The notes beneath the pieces are model-generated. The model made no database searches. It saw only the letters and a program-made list of their open reading frames with translations, and was not told where the DNA came from. A program made the position numbers and the translations under genes. This document shows, one piece after another, positions 55,447-64,000 of a stretch of 64,000 nt of DNA; position 1 is the first letter of the stretch, and every line of letters starts with the position of its first letter. Origin of the DNA: Minisyncoccota bacterium (GTDB lineage Bacteria > Patescibacteriota > Minisyncoccia > Phycocordibacterales > UBA9973). The stretch spans positions 10,703 to 74,702 of the forward strand of contig JBAYHW010000004.1 in NCBI GenBank assembly GCA_041665925.1. Direction: 5' to 3'.

Positions 55447-56149
55447 AATGTTTGGCATGTCTACGTTCATGCGATTTAGAATCAGAGATAACCACCCCGT
55501 CACGTAAGGTAATGATTCGATCCGCATATTCCGCAACATCGTGTTCATGAGTAATTAAAATAATAGTGCGACCATGTTCTTTATTTAATTTTTGAAAAGT
55601 TCCAAGAACAATTTCGCCAGTCCTGGTGTCGAGGTTTCCGGTAGGCTCATCGGCGAGAATTAGAGATGGATCATTAACAAGTGCTCTGGCAATAGCTACC
55701 CGCTGAATCTGGCCTCCAGATAATTGATTACTTTTGTGGAAAAAATGCGATTCGGTCATCCCCGCAGAGATTAGGGCTTTTCTTGAACGCTCCTCTCGCT
55801 CTTCTTCCTCGACTCCGGCATACACTAAAGGCAACATTACATTGCGCATTACAGTGGTTCGCGGAAGTAAATTGAAAGCTTGGAAAACAAAACCTATGTG
55901 AAGTCTGCGGATGTCTGCCAACTCCTCATCCGTGAGAGTAGAAACATCTTTACCGTCAAGAAAATAAGTTCCAGTTGTGGGTGTATCAAGACATCCTAAT
56001 ATATGCATCATGGTTGATTTTCCAGAACCAGAAGGACCCATAATGGCAACAAATTCTCCATCTTCAATTGTAAATGAAACCCCGTTTAGAGCCTTAAATG
56101 CCGTATCCCCAGACCCGTATGTTTTTGTAATGTTATTGATTTCAATCAT
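55436..56149 (-). CDS. ABC transporter ATP-binding protein (MacB/LolD type)
   Basis: Walker A GPSGSGKST, LSGGQIQRVAIARA, Walker B ILADEPTGNLD. Confidence 0.9.
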   Translation of the reverse strand: MIEINNITKTYGSGDTAFKALNGVSFTIEDGEFVAIMGPSGSGKSTMMHILGCLDTPTTGTYFLDGKDVSTLTDEELADIRRLHIGFVFQAFNLLPRTTVMRNVMLPLVYAGVEEEEREERSRKALISAGMTESHFFHKSNQLSGGQIQRVAIARALVNDPSLILADEPTGNLDTRTGEIVLGTFQKLNKEHGRTIILITHEHDVAEYADRIITLRDGVVISDSKSHERRHAKHYEA

Positions 56150-56155
56150 ATAATG

Positions 56156-57820
56156 CTACTTTGGAACAAAAGCCCTGCTTCCACTGGTTCTACTAGCACT
56201 CCCTCCCAAGAGGCCTGGGGCAGTAGAGGTAGACTTTGTTGTGGTGCCAACTATAGTGCGTGCGATATATTGATCTCCTTCTTTTAGACCTGATAAAATT
56301 TCTATAGACTCATCGTTTGAAAGACCAGTGGTTACCAAAACGGATTCTGGTGAGGAAGCAAGAAGCACTCCACCAATGCTTCTATCTCCCGATGTTTCAG
56401 TTGGTGACACAATTTCAACATAAGTTTTCTCTCCGCGAGTTTTTATTGCACTCAGTGGAACCTTCATCACCCCTTCTCGCATATCCGTAGTAATATCTGC
56501 ATTCACTGTCATGCTTGGTTTTACTCGGTCATCGTCTGTATCAAAACCAATCTTTACTTTATAACTTACTACCCCTTGGCTGACAGTACCAATAAGATCT
56601 ATTTCTAAAACTTCTCCAGTAATTGTCAGTCCTTCAATGGCATCAAATGTGAGCGTCGCCTTTTGTCCAACTTTAATTTTTGCCGCATCAATTTCGTTTA
56701 ATGAAATTTCTGCAATTTTTTGTTTAGTAATTAAAGTAGCTATGGTTGTACCACTTGAAACTGCATCCATCTTGCGAGCTGAAACAGAAGCGATGACTCC
56801 TGTAAAAGGTGCTCGGATAAAGTAATCTGCATATGCCTGCTCTTTTTGTTTAAGTGAAAGCTCTTTCGCTCGCAAGTCCAGGACGTCTGGACCATCTTTA
56901 ATTTCTTGCAAATCTATATCCGCATTCCTTAAAGTCCTTTTACCTTCGACAATATTATTTTTTACCGCTAAGGTGCTAGACACGGTGGAATTTGATGTAG
57001 TGACCAATCCACTTACAGTGGTGTATGCTTCATCAGCTGTGGTAGAATTACCATCTTGATAGTCACGCAAATAAATCACAGCATCCTTAGAATATTTTGC
57101 AGTTTGTGATATTGCATTAGCAACCTGATTGGCTTTGGATATTATTGATTCAATGGTGTCATTATTTGTTTCGTTTGATGTATCTCGGTATTCTTTTGAA
57201 AATGTATTTAATAACTTTTCAGAGTCGTACCACGACTGCTCTGCTCTGTCTATGTATTCCTTCCCTATTTTACTAATACCAGAACCGCTACTACTTAAAT
57301 ACCCACCAAAAAGATCACCTAACCCAGCCATAACGTCGGCCATATCGTTTGATGCAGACGCAAGAGTGGTGCGAGCATCGACATAATAATTATTTAAATT
57401 TGTTTGTGCTTGCTCGAGTGCATCTGTAGCAGCCCGCAATTCATCTTTATCAACTGAGATAAGTTCTTGATAAGAAAGCTTGGCCGTTTCTAGGTCGTAC
57501 GCAGCAGTACTTGCACTTACTTGCCCTATAACAGCACCAGCGCTGACCTGTTGACCCACTTTTGCGTTGAGATATATCAGATCTCCAGACACTTTTGTCT
57601 TTAGGTCAACCTGATTTGAGGTAGATACTTGACCCGCCCCTGAAACTAAAGATATTATATTGCCTTTCTCGACATTCGCTAGAACATAACGTGTCTCCTG
57701 GGCACTACCACCAAACCCCCAAATCACTGCGTATAAAATACCAACCAAAACAATAGCCCCTATGGAGGAAAAAATTTTATTCTTTAAAATCCAAATCTTA
57801 ATTAAATTAATATATTTCAT
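56156..57820 (-). CDS. HlyD/MacA-family periplasmic adaptor (membrane fusion protein), long coiled coil
   Basis: N-terminal TM, lipoyl/barrel segments flanking extended coiled coil. Confidence 0.7.
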   Translation of the reverse strand: MKYINLIKIWILKNKIFSSIGAIVLVGILYAVIWGFGGSAQETRYVLANVEKGNIISLVSGAGQVSTSNQVDLKTKVSGDLIYLNAKVGQQVSAGAVIGQVSASTAAYDLETAKLSYQELISVDKDELRAATDALEQAQTNLNNYYVDARTTLASASNDMADVMAGLGDLFGGYLSSSGSGISKIGKEYIDRAEQSWYDSEKLLNTFSKEYRDTSNETNNDTIESIISKANQVANAISQTAKYSKDAVIYLRDYQDGNSTTADEAYTTVSGLVTTSNSTVSSTLAVKNNIVEGKRTLRNADIDLQEIKDGPDVLDLRAKELSLKQKEQAYADYFIRAPFTGVIASVSARKMDAVSSGTTIATLITKQKIAEISLNEIDAAKIKVGQKATLTFDAIEGLTITGEVLEIDLIGTVSQGVVSYKVKIGFDTDDDRVKPSMTVNADITTDMREGVMKVPLSAIKTRGEKTYVEIVSPTETSGDRSIGGVLLASSPESVLVTTGLSNDESIEILSGLKEGDQYIARTIVGTTTKSTSTAPGLLGGSASRTSGSRAFVPK

Positions 57821-57825
57821 ATTTT

Positions 57826-58314
57826 TTATTGAATAGGAATATTATTTGGCATTGCCTCGGGCGGAAATGGCACAGCACGAATGAGCTTGGCTTCTATCTG
57901 CCCGACATCATTTGGGACACCAAGAACGACTATGTTGTCTCCAATTTTTAAATCAGCCACTTTGACTTCATCTTGAAACCTCCTGACTAAGGTGTCTTCT
58001 TTTATTAAAATTGTTTTTTCTAGATTGTCCGGCCCAGCGACAACGATAAGCGGAAGTTTGATGCTTACAATTTCTCCCACAGCGCCATTACCCCCCGGAG
58101 GACCCCTCCGGTCAGAAAAATCCTTAAAAAAGCCTCCTTCGCGAGGATCAATGAAATTTCTATTAAAATTATCTCCAAATCTTTCCGAAAATCTTGCTTT
58201 GTGTAAGCCAGAAACCTGTCCCAACTTAAAAACTCCAAGAATAATGATAGCCACACCAAGTCCTATAAGAATTCCGCGAACTGTTTTTGAATTGTGTATA
58301 TTTTTTAAATCCAT
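57826..58314 (-). CDS. membrane-anchored extracytoplasmic protein of unknown function
   Basis: N-terminal TM, Gly/Pro-rich linker, ~90-aa beta-rich domain. Confidence 0.4.
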   Translation of the reverse strand: MDLKNIHNSKTVRGILIGLGVAIIILGVFKLGQVSGLHKARFSERFGDNFNRNFIDPREGGFFKDFSDRRGPPGGNGAVGEIVSIKLPLIVVAGPDNLEKTILIKEDTLVRRFQDEVKVADLKIGDNIVVLGVPNDVGQIEAKLIRAVPFPPEAMPNNIPIQ

Positions 58315-58322
58315 AATTATTT

Positions 58323-58703
58323 TTAGTTAGTTTGTAAAAGAAAACGGCGAGTGTTCGAAAGTGCATTCGCCCCTGACCAAACCAAAATTCCTAAAGTCGA
58401 AAGAAAAACAATCACTCCCAAGATAGGTATTGAGTCGACAAGGGACAGAGATAATTCCTTCCAGTATGAAAAAACCACATTGTCTCCTGAAAACATAAGT
58501 GAGATATATTCATAAAATCCAGATTGGTAGAAACTTTCTGCAAGATATTTAAGTGAAAATGCCACCCCAGCCACAGACGCAAAAAGAGTAGTTATAAAAA
58601 AGAAAAAGTATAGTTTCGCTCGGCGATACTCCTCTAGTATAATTCCTGAAATGATATTATTCCTAAGATTCTGGAGACTTTTTGGTGGTTTTACCTTATC
58701 CAT
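58323..58703 (-). CDS. putative membrane anti-sigma factor (no zinc motif), immediately downstream of ECF sigma
   Basis: Position and topology only (cytoplasmic N-term, TM helices). Confidence 0.3.
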   Translation of the reverse strand: MDKVKPPKSLQNLRNNIISGIILEEYRRAKLYFFFFITTLFASVAGVAFSLKYLAESFYQSGFYEYISLMFSGDNVVFSYWKELSLSLVDSIPILGVIVFLSTLGILVWSGANALSNTRRFLLQTN

Positions 58704-58768
58704 GCTAATTAGACGAAAAAAGAATGCATTTTGGTGCATTCTTAACATTTACACTATAAACACGTAAA

Positions 58769-59335
58769 TCAGATTGTTCTAGCCTCGACTGATCTGCGAA
58801 TAGCAATGATAGCTCTGCGATGCTGGCTTTTGATAGTATGCAGAGGTCTTTTTAGTATTTCTCCGATTTCTTTGAAAGTAAGATTGTCTCCATATCTAAG
58901 ATTAATAACATCCCGGTAAAGTGGATCTAATGCTTCTAAGAGATTTGCTACAAAAAAAGTATTCTCTGCTTTCTCAATGAGTTCAAGAGCTGAAGGATTT
59001 TCATCAGCAAGAGTTTCTGTCAGTAGATTTTTTCCAGCTTCATTATCAAAAATTGAAAGAGGTACATCTTTTCTCTTGCGCAACCAATCAATGGCAGTAT
59101 TTCGTGTGATTGCAAAAAGCCATGTCTTAAAACTGCTCCCCCGTTTCCATCCACGAATATTCTTCCATGCTTTTATAAACGATTCCTGCGCAACATCTTC
59201 GGCGGCGCTAGAATCATGTGTTAACTGAAAGGCAAAATTATATGTATCAGAAAGATAACGATCGACAAGAGTCTCGAGAGCATTCTCGTTTCCTTCTAGA
59301 TATTTTGAAATTAATTGTTCATCAGTTTTTTTCAT
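58769..59335 (-). CDS. ECF-type RNA polymerase sigma factor
   Basis: Sigma-70 region 2 (FIKAWKNIRGW...) and region 4 HTH. Confidence 0.85.
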   Translation of the reverse strand: MKKTDEQLISKYLEGNENALETLVDRYLSDTYNFAFQLTHDSSAAEDVAQESFIKAWKNIRGWKRGSSFKTWLFAITRNTAIDWLRKRKDVPLSIFDNEAGKNLLTETLADENPSALELIEKAENTFFVANLLEALDPLYRDVINLRYGDNLTFKEIGEILKRPLHTIKSQHRRAIIAIRRSVEARTI

Positions 59336-59336
59336 T

Positions 59337-60011
59337 TTAGTTTTTATCTATAGACGTAATTTTACCATCGTCTAGATGCACTATGCGCTCAGCAAATTTA
59401 CTATACTCCACCTCATGGGTAACCATTATGATAGTTTGTCCTCCTTTATGCAAGTCACGAAAAATTTCCATAACAATCCGAGAAGATTCATTGTCTAAGT
59501 TTGCCGTCGGCTCGTCGGCAAAAAGAATTTTTGGTTCGTGGGCAATGGCCCGCGCGATACTTACTCTCTGTTGTTCTCCCCCAGAGAGCTTGCTAGGTAA
59601 ATTCCCCAATCTCTTTCCAAGTCCAACTTTAGTGAGTGCGTCGGTAGCTTTTTCGTAAGCATGCTTTTCTGAAAGACCTTTCATCAAAAGTGGCAAGGCG
59701 ACGTTTTCAAGTGCATTCATTTCTGGAAGTAACGCATAGTCTTGAAAAACATATCCGAGTTCTGAAAGCCTGAAGGAGGTTTTCTCATTTACAGTCATCA
59801 AATGAGTATCTTTTTCATCGATTAAAATCTCCCCGCTAGTCGGTTCATCGAGTAGACTCATCTGATAAAGAAATGTGCTTTTCCCAGCTCCGGAACGCCC
59901 CATGATAGCAATGAATTCTCCATTCTGTGCAATAAAATCTATTCCCTTCAGAACTTCTGTAATGCTATCTCCGTCTTTGAATGATTTTCTTAAATTTCTT
60001 ACTTCTATCAT
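59337..60011 (-). CDS. ABC transporter ATP-binding protein (FtsE/LolD type)
   Basis: Walker A GRSGAGKST, LSGGEQQRVSIARA, Walker B LFADEPTANLD. Confidence 0.9.
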   Translation of the reverse strand: MIEVRNLRKSFKDGDSITEVLKGIDFIAQNGEFIAIMGRSGAGKSTFLYQMSLLDEPTSGEILIDEKDTHLMTVNEKTSFRLSELGYVFQDYALLPEMNALENVALPLLMKGLSEKHAYEKATDALTKVGLGKRLGNLPSKLSGGEQQRVSIARAIAHEPKILFADEPTANLDNESSRIVMEIFRDLHKGGQTIIMVTHEVEYSKFAERIVHLDDGKITSIDKN

Positions 60012-60024
60012 AGATTTATTTAAA

Positions 60025-61281
60025 TTAATTTCTTCCTAGAATTGAATCTAATGTATTCTTACGCACAACAAGCCGTGCAGGAATAAATCCAGCAATGATA
60101 GTAGTCACCATGAGTAATCCGACACGTAATAACGTCCCACTGACAGGAGCTACGAGTATGCCGTCGCTAAATGGGAAATCTATCGGGTGTGCGGCGACTG
60201 CTGGCTGAAGAAATGCATACAACACTATTATTCCAATAATCGAACCACACAATGCATAAAAAAATGACTGCATAATATATGATATTTCAATTGCTCTTTC
60301 GTGAATGCCGATGCCTTTCAAGATTCCAATAAATTTTCTTCGCGTAATAGCATTGATAAAAATAACAATAAAAATTGTGATAGAAGCAACCACAAGCCCT
60401 ATTGAAGAAAGCAGGTTTCCAAGCAAAGCAAATGTGTCAATCATATCTTTAATAAATTTCGGTTGGGCATCTTCATATGTTTGAACCTTAGCGACCTTGT
60501 CAACGCCATTTCTTTTAAGAATATCTCGCACAAGTACTGGGTCAGTCCCAGGTTTTAGTTTTATAGATATTTCGTCTACATTGTAATCATTCCTCCCGAT
60601 AATGCTGCGAAGTTGGGAATCAACCATAAATACTCGCATACTGACTTCATCCACTTTGGCTTTTATTATCCCTTTTATGGTAACTTCTCTCTCTACGCCA
60701 TGCACATTAATACGAATTTTCACTCCAGGTTTAATATTATCTAAAGTAGAAAACCCCGGAGAATCAATAGGTAAATATTTTTTTGTCAGATATGCTCCTA
60801 TCATAACCTGATCATAATCTAGTGCAGAAAGATATTCTCCTTCAATTATAAATTTAGAAAGATTGGTAACGTTTTCTTCCGCGACTGGATCTATCCCCGT
60901 GATGGAAGCTGCTGATGTATTCGGTTTTTCCTTTTCATTTGAACGTGTTTTATAGTTTGCTTCTAGGGTTCCTCCTTCTAAATATCGTGCACTCATGGCC
61001 TCTACTTGAGGTAAAGATTTTACGACATTTATAACTTCTGGACTATTTTCAATATATGTTTTATTGTTCAACGTTGAGATAATTACATCACTTGTATAGT
61101 GCGTACGAACAGCGTCAACTGCTCCCTGAATAATTCCAATTAAAACACCTGAAACAACCACAAGATTCAGAAAAGTAAAAAACATTACGAAAACAATAAG
61201 CACAGTCGTCCAAGGATTAGACCTTCTTATCTGTCTCTTCGCCAAGAAGAATCCGATCTGAATATTTAATGAAGAAAACAT
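60025..61281 (-). CDS. FtsX-family ABC permease with extracytoplasmic domain
   Basis: N-terminal TM + periplasmic domain + C-terminal 3-TM FtsX block. Confidence 0.8.
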   Translation of the reverse strand: MFSSLNIQIGFFLAKRQIRRSNPWTTVLIVFVMFFTFLNLVVVSGVLIGIIQGAVDAVRTHYTSDVIISTLNNKTYIENSPEVINVVKSLPQVEAMSARYLEGGTLEANYKTRSNEKEKPNTSAASITGIDPVAEENVTNLSKFIIEGEYLSALDYDQVMIGAYLTKKYLPIDSPGFSTLDNIKPGVKIRINVHGVEREVTIKGIIKAKVDEVSMRVFMVDSQLRSIIGRNDYNVDEISIKLKPGTDPVLVRDILKRNGVDKVAKVQTYEDAQPKFIKDMIDTFALLGNLLSSIGLVVASITIFIVIFINAITRRKFIGILKGIGIHERAIEISYIMQSFFYALCGSIIGIIVLYAFLQPAVAAHPIDFPFSDGILVAPVSGTLLRVGLLMVTTIIAGFIPARLVVRKNTLDSILGRN

Positions 61282-61287
61282 AATTAT

Positions 61288-62808
61288 TTATTCTGTACTA
61301 GGATTAAGAATAACTAGCTCGCCGTCTTCTAGTCCAGACACAACTTCAACTTGACCTAAAGCAGAGACATCTCCTGTTACTACTTCTCTATTTGATACTT
61401 CTTTGTCAGTCTTTACTTGTACGAATTTCTTTCCATCTTTCTCATACACAACCCCACCTGGAACAACTATGACATTGGGTTTATCGAAAATTATTATGGA
61501 CACATTAGCAGTCATACCAGATTTAACGCGTTCATCTTTCTCGTTAAATTGTAGTTTAATTTTATAAGTAGAAACACCATCTCGTATAGTCTCAGCTGGA
61601 TCTATAGACACAACTTTTGCATTAAATAAAACATTTTCTCCATATGCATCTAGGGTTACTCTAGCTTCATGACCTAGTTTAATAAGTGCAATGTTTACTT
61701 CAGGGACAAAACTTTCAATCTGGAAAGTGTCGGCACTCATCATGGTAATAAGCGCTGTGTTGGGTGTGGCAACTTCTCCAACTTTTGCATCAATTTTCGT
61801 AACCACCCCTTCAAAAGGGGCCCGAATATAATAATCCGCTAGGTTCTTGCGAGCATCTTGGAGAGAAATCTCTTTTTGTTTCACTGTAAGTTCATAATCT
61901 TTAACATCCAAATCTGTAGTAGAAAAAGCATCTTTAGAATCATCTATGTTGGTTCCAGCAGAAGATAAGCTGCTCATGTGTCCATTTATAGTATCAGTAT
62001 AATCTGATAAACTATTTTTAGAATCTGCAAAATTTGTAGTGTTATTGGTATCATCTATCATGTAATCAATAAGATTTTTAGTACTCTTTAAAGCATCTGC
62101 AAATACTTTCGTAGTTTCATAAGTTTTATCAATAATTGCTTCTATGTCAGGATTGGACGAACTACGATTAAGTAATCTGAAGCTATCTCGATTTTCTTTA
62201 AATGTTGCATATACTTTGACATAAAATTTTTCTGCGTCTCTTTTATAAAGCAAAGCAGTGTTGCCACTATTTCTTACGGCACTATCAGAAATATTATCTT
62301 CATTAAGTATATCTTCGAGACCGGTCATAATGGTCGCTAAATCTAAAAAAGCATCTTCAACAGCACTAAAACCATCATCGTATGCTTTTTCTAAATCTGC
62401 ATTCAAATTACCTTGAGAACTTTCAAGTTTAAACTTTTCTAAGGCAAGCTCGGCGCTCGCTAAACTAATTTCCGCATCATGCATACTTTTTTCAGCCTCT
62501 TTGGCGTCTATCTTGGCAATCAAATACCCTAATTTCACCACATCTCCAACTTTATAAAATACACGGTCAACAACCCCTTCTTTCTTAAAGGCCATATCTA
62601 CTTCCTCAGAAGCCACCACTTTACCGGAAACGTATACTTGATTTATAAAATCAGAATGAACAACTGTTAATGTATCATTAGTGGTTTTGCCATTCTTAAA
62701 AAGAAATCCGACTCCTGCAATTAAAACAAAAGCTCCCACTGCCATGTAAATATACTTCTTTTGTTTAAGCAAATTTGGTATTTTTAACATATTTTTATAT
62801 TTTATCAC
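61288..62808 (-). CDS. HlyD-family periplasmic adaptor (membrane fusion protein)
   Basis: N-terminal TM, coiled coil, barrel-sandwich segments. Confidence 0.7.
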   Translation of the reverse strand: MIKYKNMLKIPNLLKQKKYIYMAVGAFVLIAGVGFLFKNGKTTNDTLTVVHSDFINQVYVSGKVVASEEVDMAFKKEGVVDRVFYKVGDVVKLGYLIAKIDAKEAEKSMHDAEISLASAELALEKFKLESSQGNLNADLEKAYDDGFSAVEDAFLDLATIMTGLEDILNEDNISDSAVRNSGNTALLYKRDAEKFYVKVYATFKENRDSFRLLNRSSSNPDIEAIIDKTYETTKVFADALKSTKNLIDYMIDDTNNTTNFADSKNSLSDYTDTINGHMSSLSSAGTNIDDSKDAFSTTDLDVKDYELTVKQKEISLQDARKNLADYYIRAPFEGVVTKIDAKVGEVATPNTALITMMSADTFQIESFVPEVNIALIKLGHEARVTLDAYGENVLFNAKVVSIDPAETIRDGVSTYKIKLQFNEKDERVKSGMTANVSIIIFDKPNVIVVPGGVVYEKDGKKFVQVKTDKEVSNREVVTGDVSALGQVEVVSGLEDGELVILNPSTE

Positions 62809-62831
62809 AAAAAAACCTATTTACAAATAAA

Positions 62832-63218
62832 TTAGCTTTGGAAATCTATCTCAAATGGATACATTCCCATACCACAGCTCCCCTCAAGTAGTCCTAATTT
62901 GGGAACCCCTAAATCAATATCTGTGGTTCCGGACATCGCTAAATTTTTACTAACATCCAGGGATGGTATTCTAACAACGGAAGAGCAGTCGAATGTTCCA
63001 CTAGTGGTAAATCTCACAATGGTAGGAATGCCTGCTTTGGCAACACTTTTTCGAGGAGAATACCCACCTTTGGCAGTAAGATCTATAATTTGTTTCCCAT
63101 CCACAATAGAAACATTGTTCACGTTCTCTGCCGGCAAGCGCACAGCATTTCCCCTAGTAAGCATAAAAGCCACTATAATCAATACTGCCGAAATTGTTGT
63201 CGCAACAAATATTTTCAT
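62832..63218 (-). CDS. small secreted protein with two Cys and C-terminal GSCGMGM motif (metal/thiol-binding?)
   Basis: Signal peptide; Cys78 and Cys116 contexts. Confidence 0.4.
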   Translation of the reverse strand: MKIFVATTISAVLIIVAFMLTRGNAVRLPAENVNNVSIVDGKQIIDLTAKGGYSPRKSVAKAGIPTIVRFTTSGTFDCSSVVRIPSLDVSKNLAMSGTTDIDLGVPKLGLLEGSCGMGMYPFEIDFQS

Positions 63219-63233
63219 GTGATTAATTATATA

Positions 63234-63968
63234 CTAAAAATTAAATATCGGTGATATAAGTCCTATGACTACTAGGCTATTAATCAAGTTGAACAAAGCA
63301 AAAATAATTACAATTAATCCTGCCGTTTTGAAGAAAATTCCAGCCTTGGAGCTATTTTGGATACTAAAAGAACTAAAACTAACTAAAGCGAGTGCAGGCA
63401 AGGTCCCTAGGACAAAAGATAGCATGGTCAATCCACCCGTCATAAAACTTCCAGTGGAAAGTGTAAATATTTGCATTGACTGAGTAAAACCACAAGGTAA
63501 AAAGAAAGTGGCAACTCCGATGAGTAAGGGCGTCAGAGTATGATTCAATTTAGAAACTCCTAGGGCATGCTTACTTATAAATTTTGGCATACTGGGTTGC
63601 AATTTTTTCAAAGATGGAAAAACATCAAGTAGATTCAAGCCCAGCACTAACATAATAATCCCAATTAAAAGACTCAAGGCAAATGACATCCCGGTATTTA
63701 GAGTAAACGCTGAACCTAGCGCTCCGATAATTCCACCTAAAACAAAGAAAGAAACTATGCGCCCAACATGAAACATGAGTTGCGGTTTAAATTTATCTCC
63801 TTCTTTAGCAAAAGTAGCAGACATAGAAAGAACCAGGCCTCCGACGACAGCCATACACGTAGAAAGAGAAGCGACAATACCGATGACAAAAGCAGTACCG
63901 TAAGTAACATCCCCAGAACCCACAATATTTATTAATCCAATTTTTTGCAGAACAATAAACAAGACCAA
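63234..63968 (-). CDS. CcdA/DsbD_2-like thiol-disulfide transfer membrane protein (may extend beyond window)
   Basis: Polytopic; two intramembrane Cys (LSTCMAV, FLPCGFT). Confidence 0.4.
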   Translation of the reverse strand: MVLFIVLQKIGLINIVGSGDVTYGTAFVIGIVASLSTCMAVVGGLVLSMSATFAKEGDKFKPQLMFHVGRIVSFFVLGGIIGALGSAFTLNTGMSFALSLLIGIIMLVLGLNLLDVFPSLKKLQPSMPKFISKHALGVSKLNHTLTPLLIGVATFFLPCGFTQSMQIFTLSTGSFMTGGLTMLSFVLGTLPALALVSFSSFSIQNSSKAGIFFKTAGLIVIIFALFNLINSLVVIGLISPIFNF

Positions 63969-64000
63969 AAATACTAAAGCTATAGGAAGCGCAATTTTAA

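Noticed and set aside
55447-55548. Upstream extension of MacB permease ORF
   Set aside because: It would overlap the ATPase gene by >100 nt. The typical permease N-terminus starts at MKLKDIIHE.
1-64000. CRISPR arrays, integrases, transposases, rRNA
   Set aside because: I scanned both strands for regularly spaced direct repeats and for integrase or transposase hallmarks and found none. The only mobile-element-like signals are the small repeats and att-like duplication reported above.

Overview
An AT-rich bacterial chromosomal segment (roughly 35% GC by eye). Its gene content and style resemble a Patescibacteria/CPR-like genome: compact genes, an archaeal-type bifunctional PGI/PMI, shortened aaRS and YchF variants, and many small membrane proteins. 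None of the roughly 14 AT-rich genes whose 5-prime regions I checked has a Shine-Dalgarno sequence.

Housekeeping content:
- dcw cluster mraZ-rsmH-ftsL-ftsI-murF on the minus strand
- ftsA-ftsZ, lysS, greA, rpsU, ybeY, trxB, gdh, tsaD, valS, hsp20
- a glycerate-to-PEP/pyruvate block: 2-hydroxyacid dehydrogenase, glycerate kinase, enolase, ppsA
- pyrD, lepA, an MsbA-like ABC exporter, murJ, an O-antigen-ligase/TPR protein, leuS
- a long minus-strand operon with two MacAB-like ABC systems flanking an ECF sigma factor and a putative anti-sigma factor
- seven tRNAs: Glu-CTC, Ser-CGA, Glu-TTC, Val-GAC, Phe-GAA, Arg-CCT, Gly-CCC

Most notable observations:
1. The leuS gene carries a complete NUDIX hydrolase domain inserted in frame after the CP1 editing region.
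2. A family of about 75-90 bp inverted-repeat elements in two subfamilies. The right arm of each contains the ATG start codon of the downstream gene (dnaQ-like exonuclease, ftsA, udg, valS, murJ).
3. Six short GC-rich islands (roughly 55-65% GC by eye). Each carries one or two small ORFs with a strong Shine-Dalgarno sequence and a rho-independent terminator, mostly small membrane or secreted proteins, which sets them apart from the SD-less host genes.
4. A GC-rich in-frame insert in tsaD.
5. A 44-nt repeat found at the same distance 3-prime of two different tRNAs (Glu-CTC and Phe-GAA), in opposite orientations.
6. A duplicated 3-prime end of tRNA-Glu, next to a methyltransferase and an MFS transporter.
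7. Two small GIY-YIG nuclease genes, each abutting a tRNA.

No CRISPR array, integrase, transposase or rRNA is visible.
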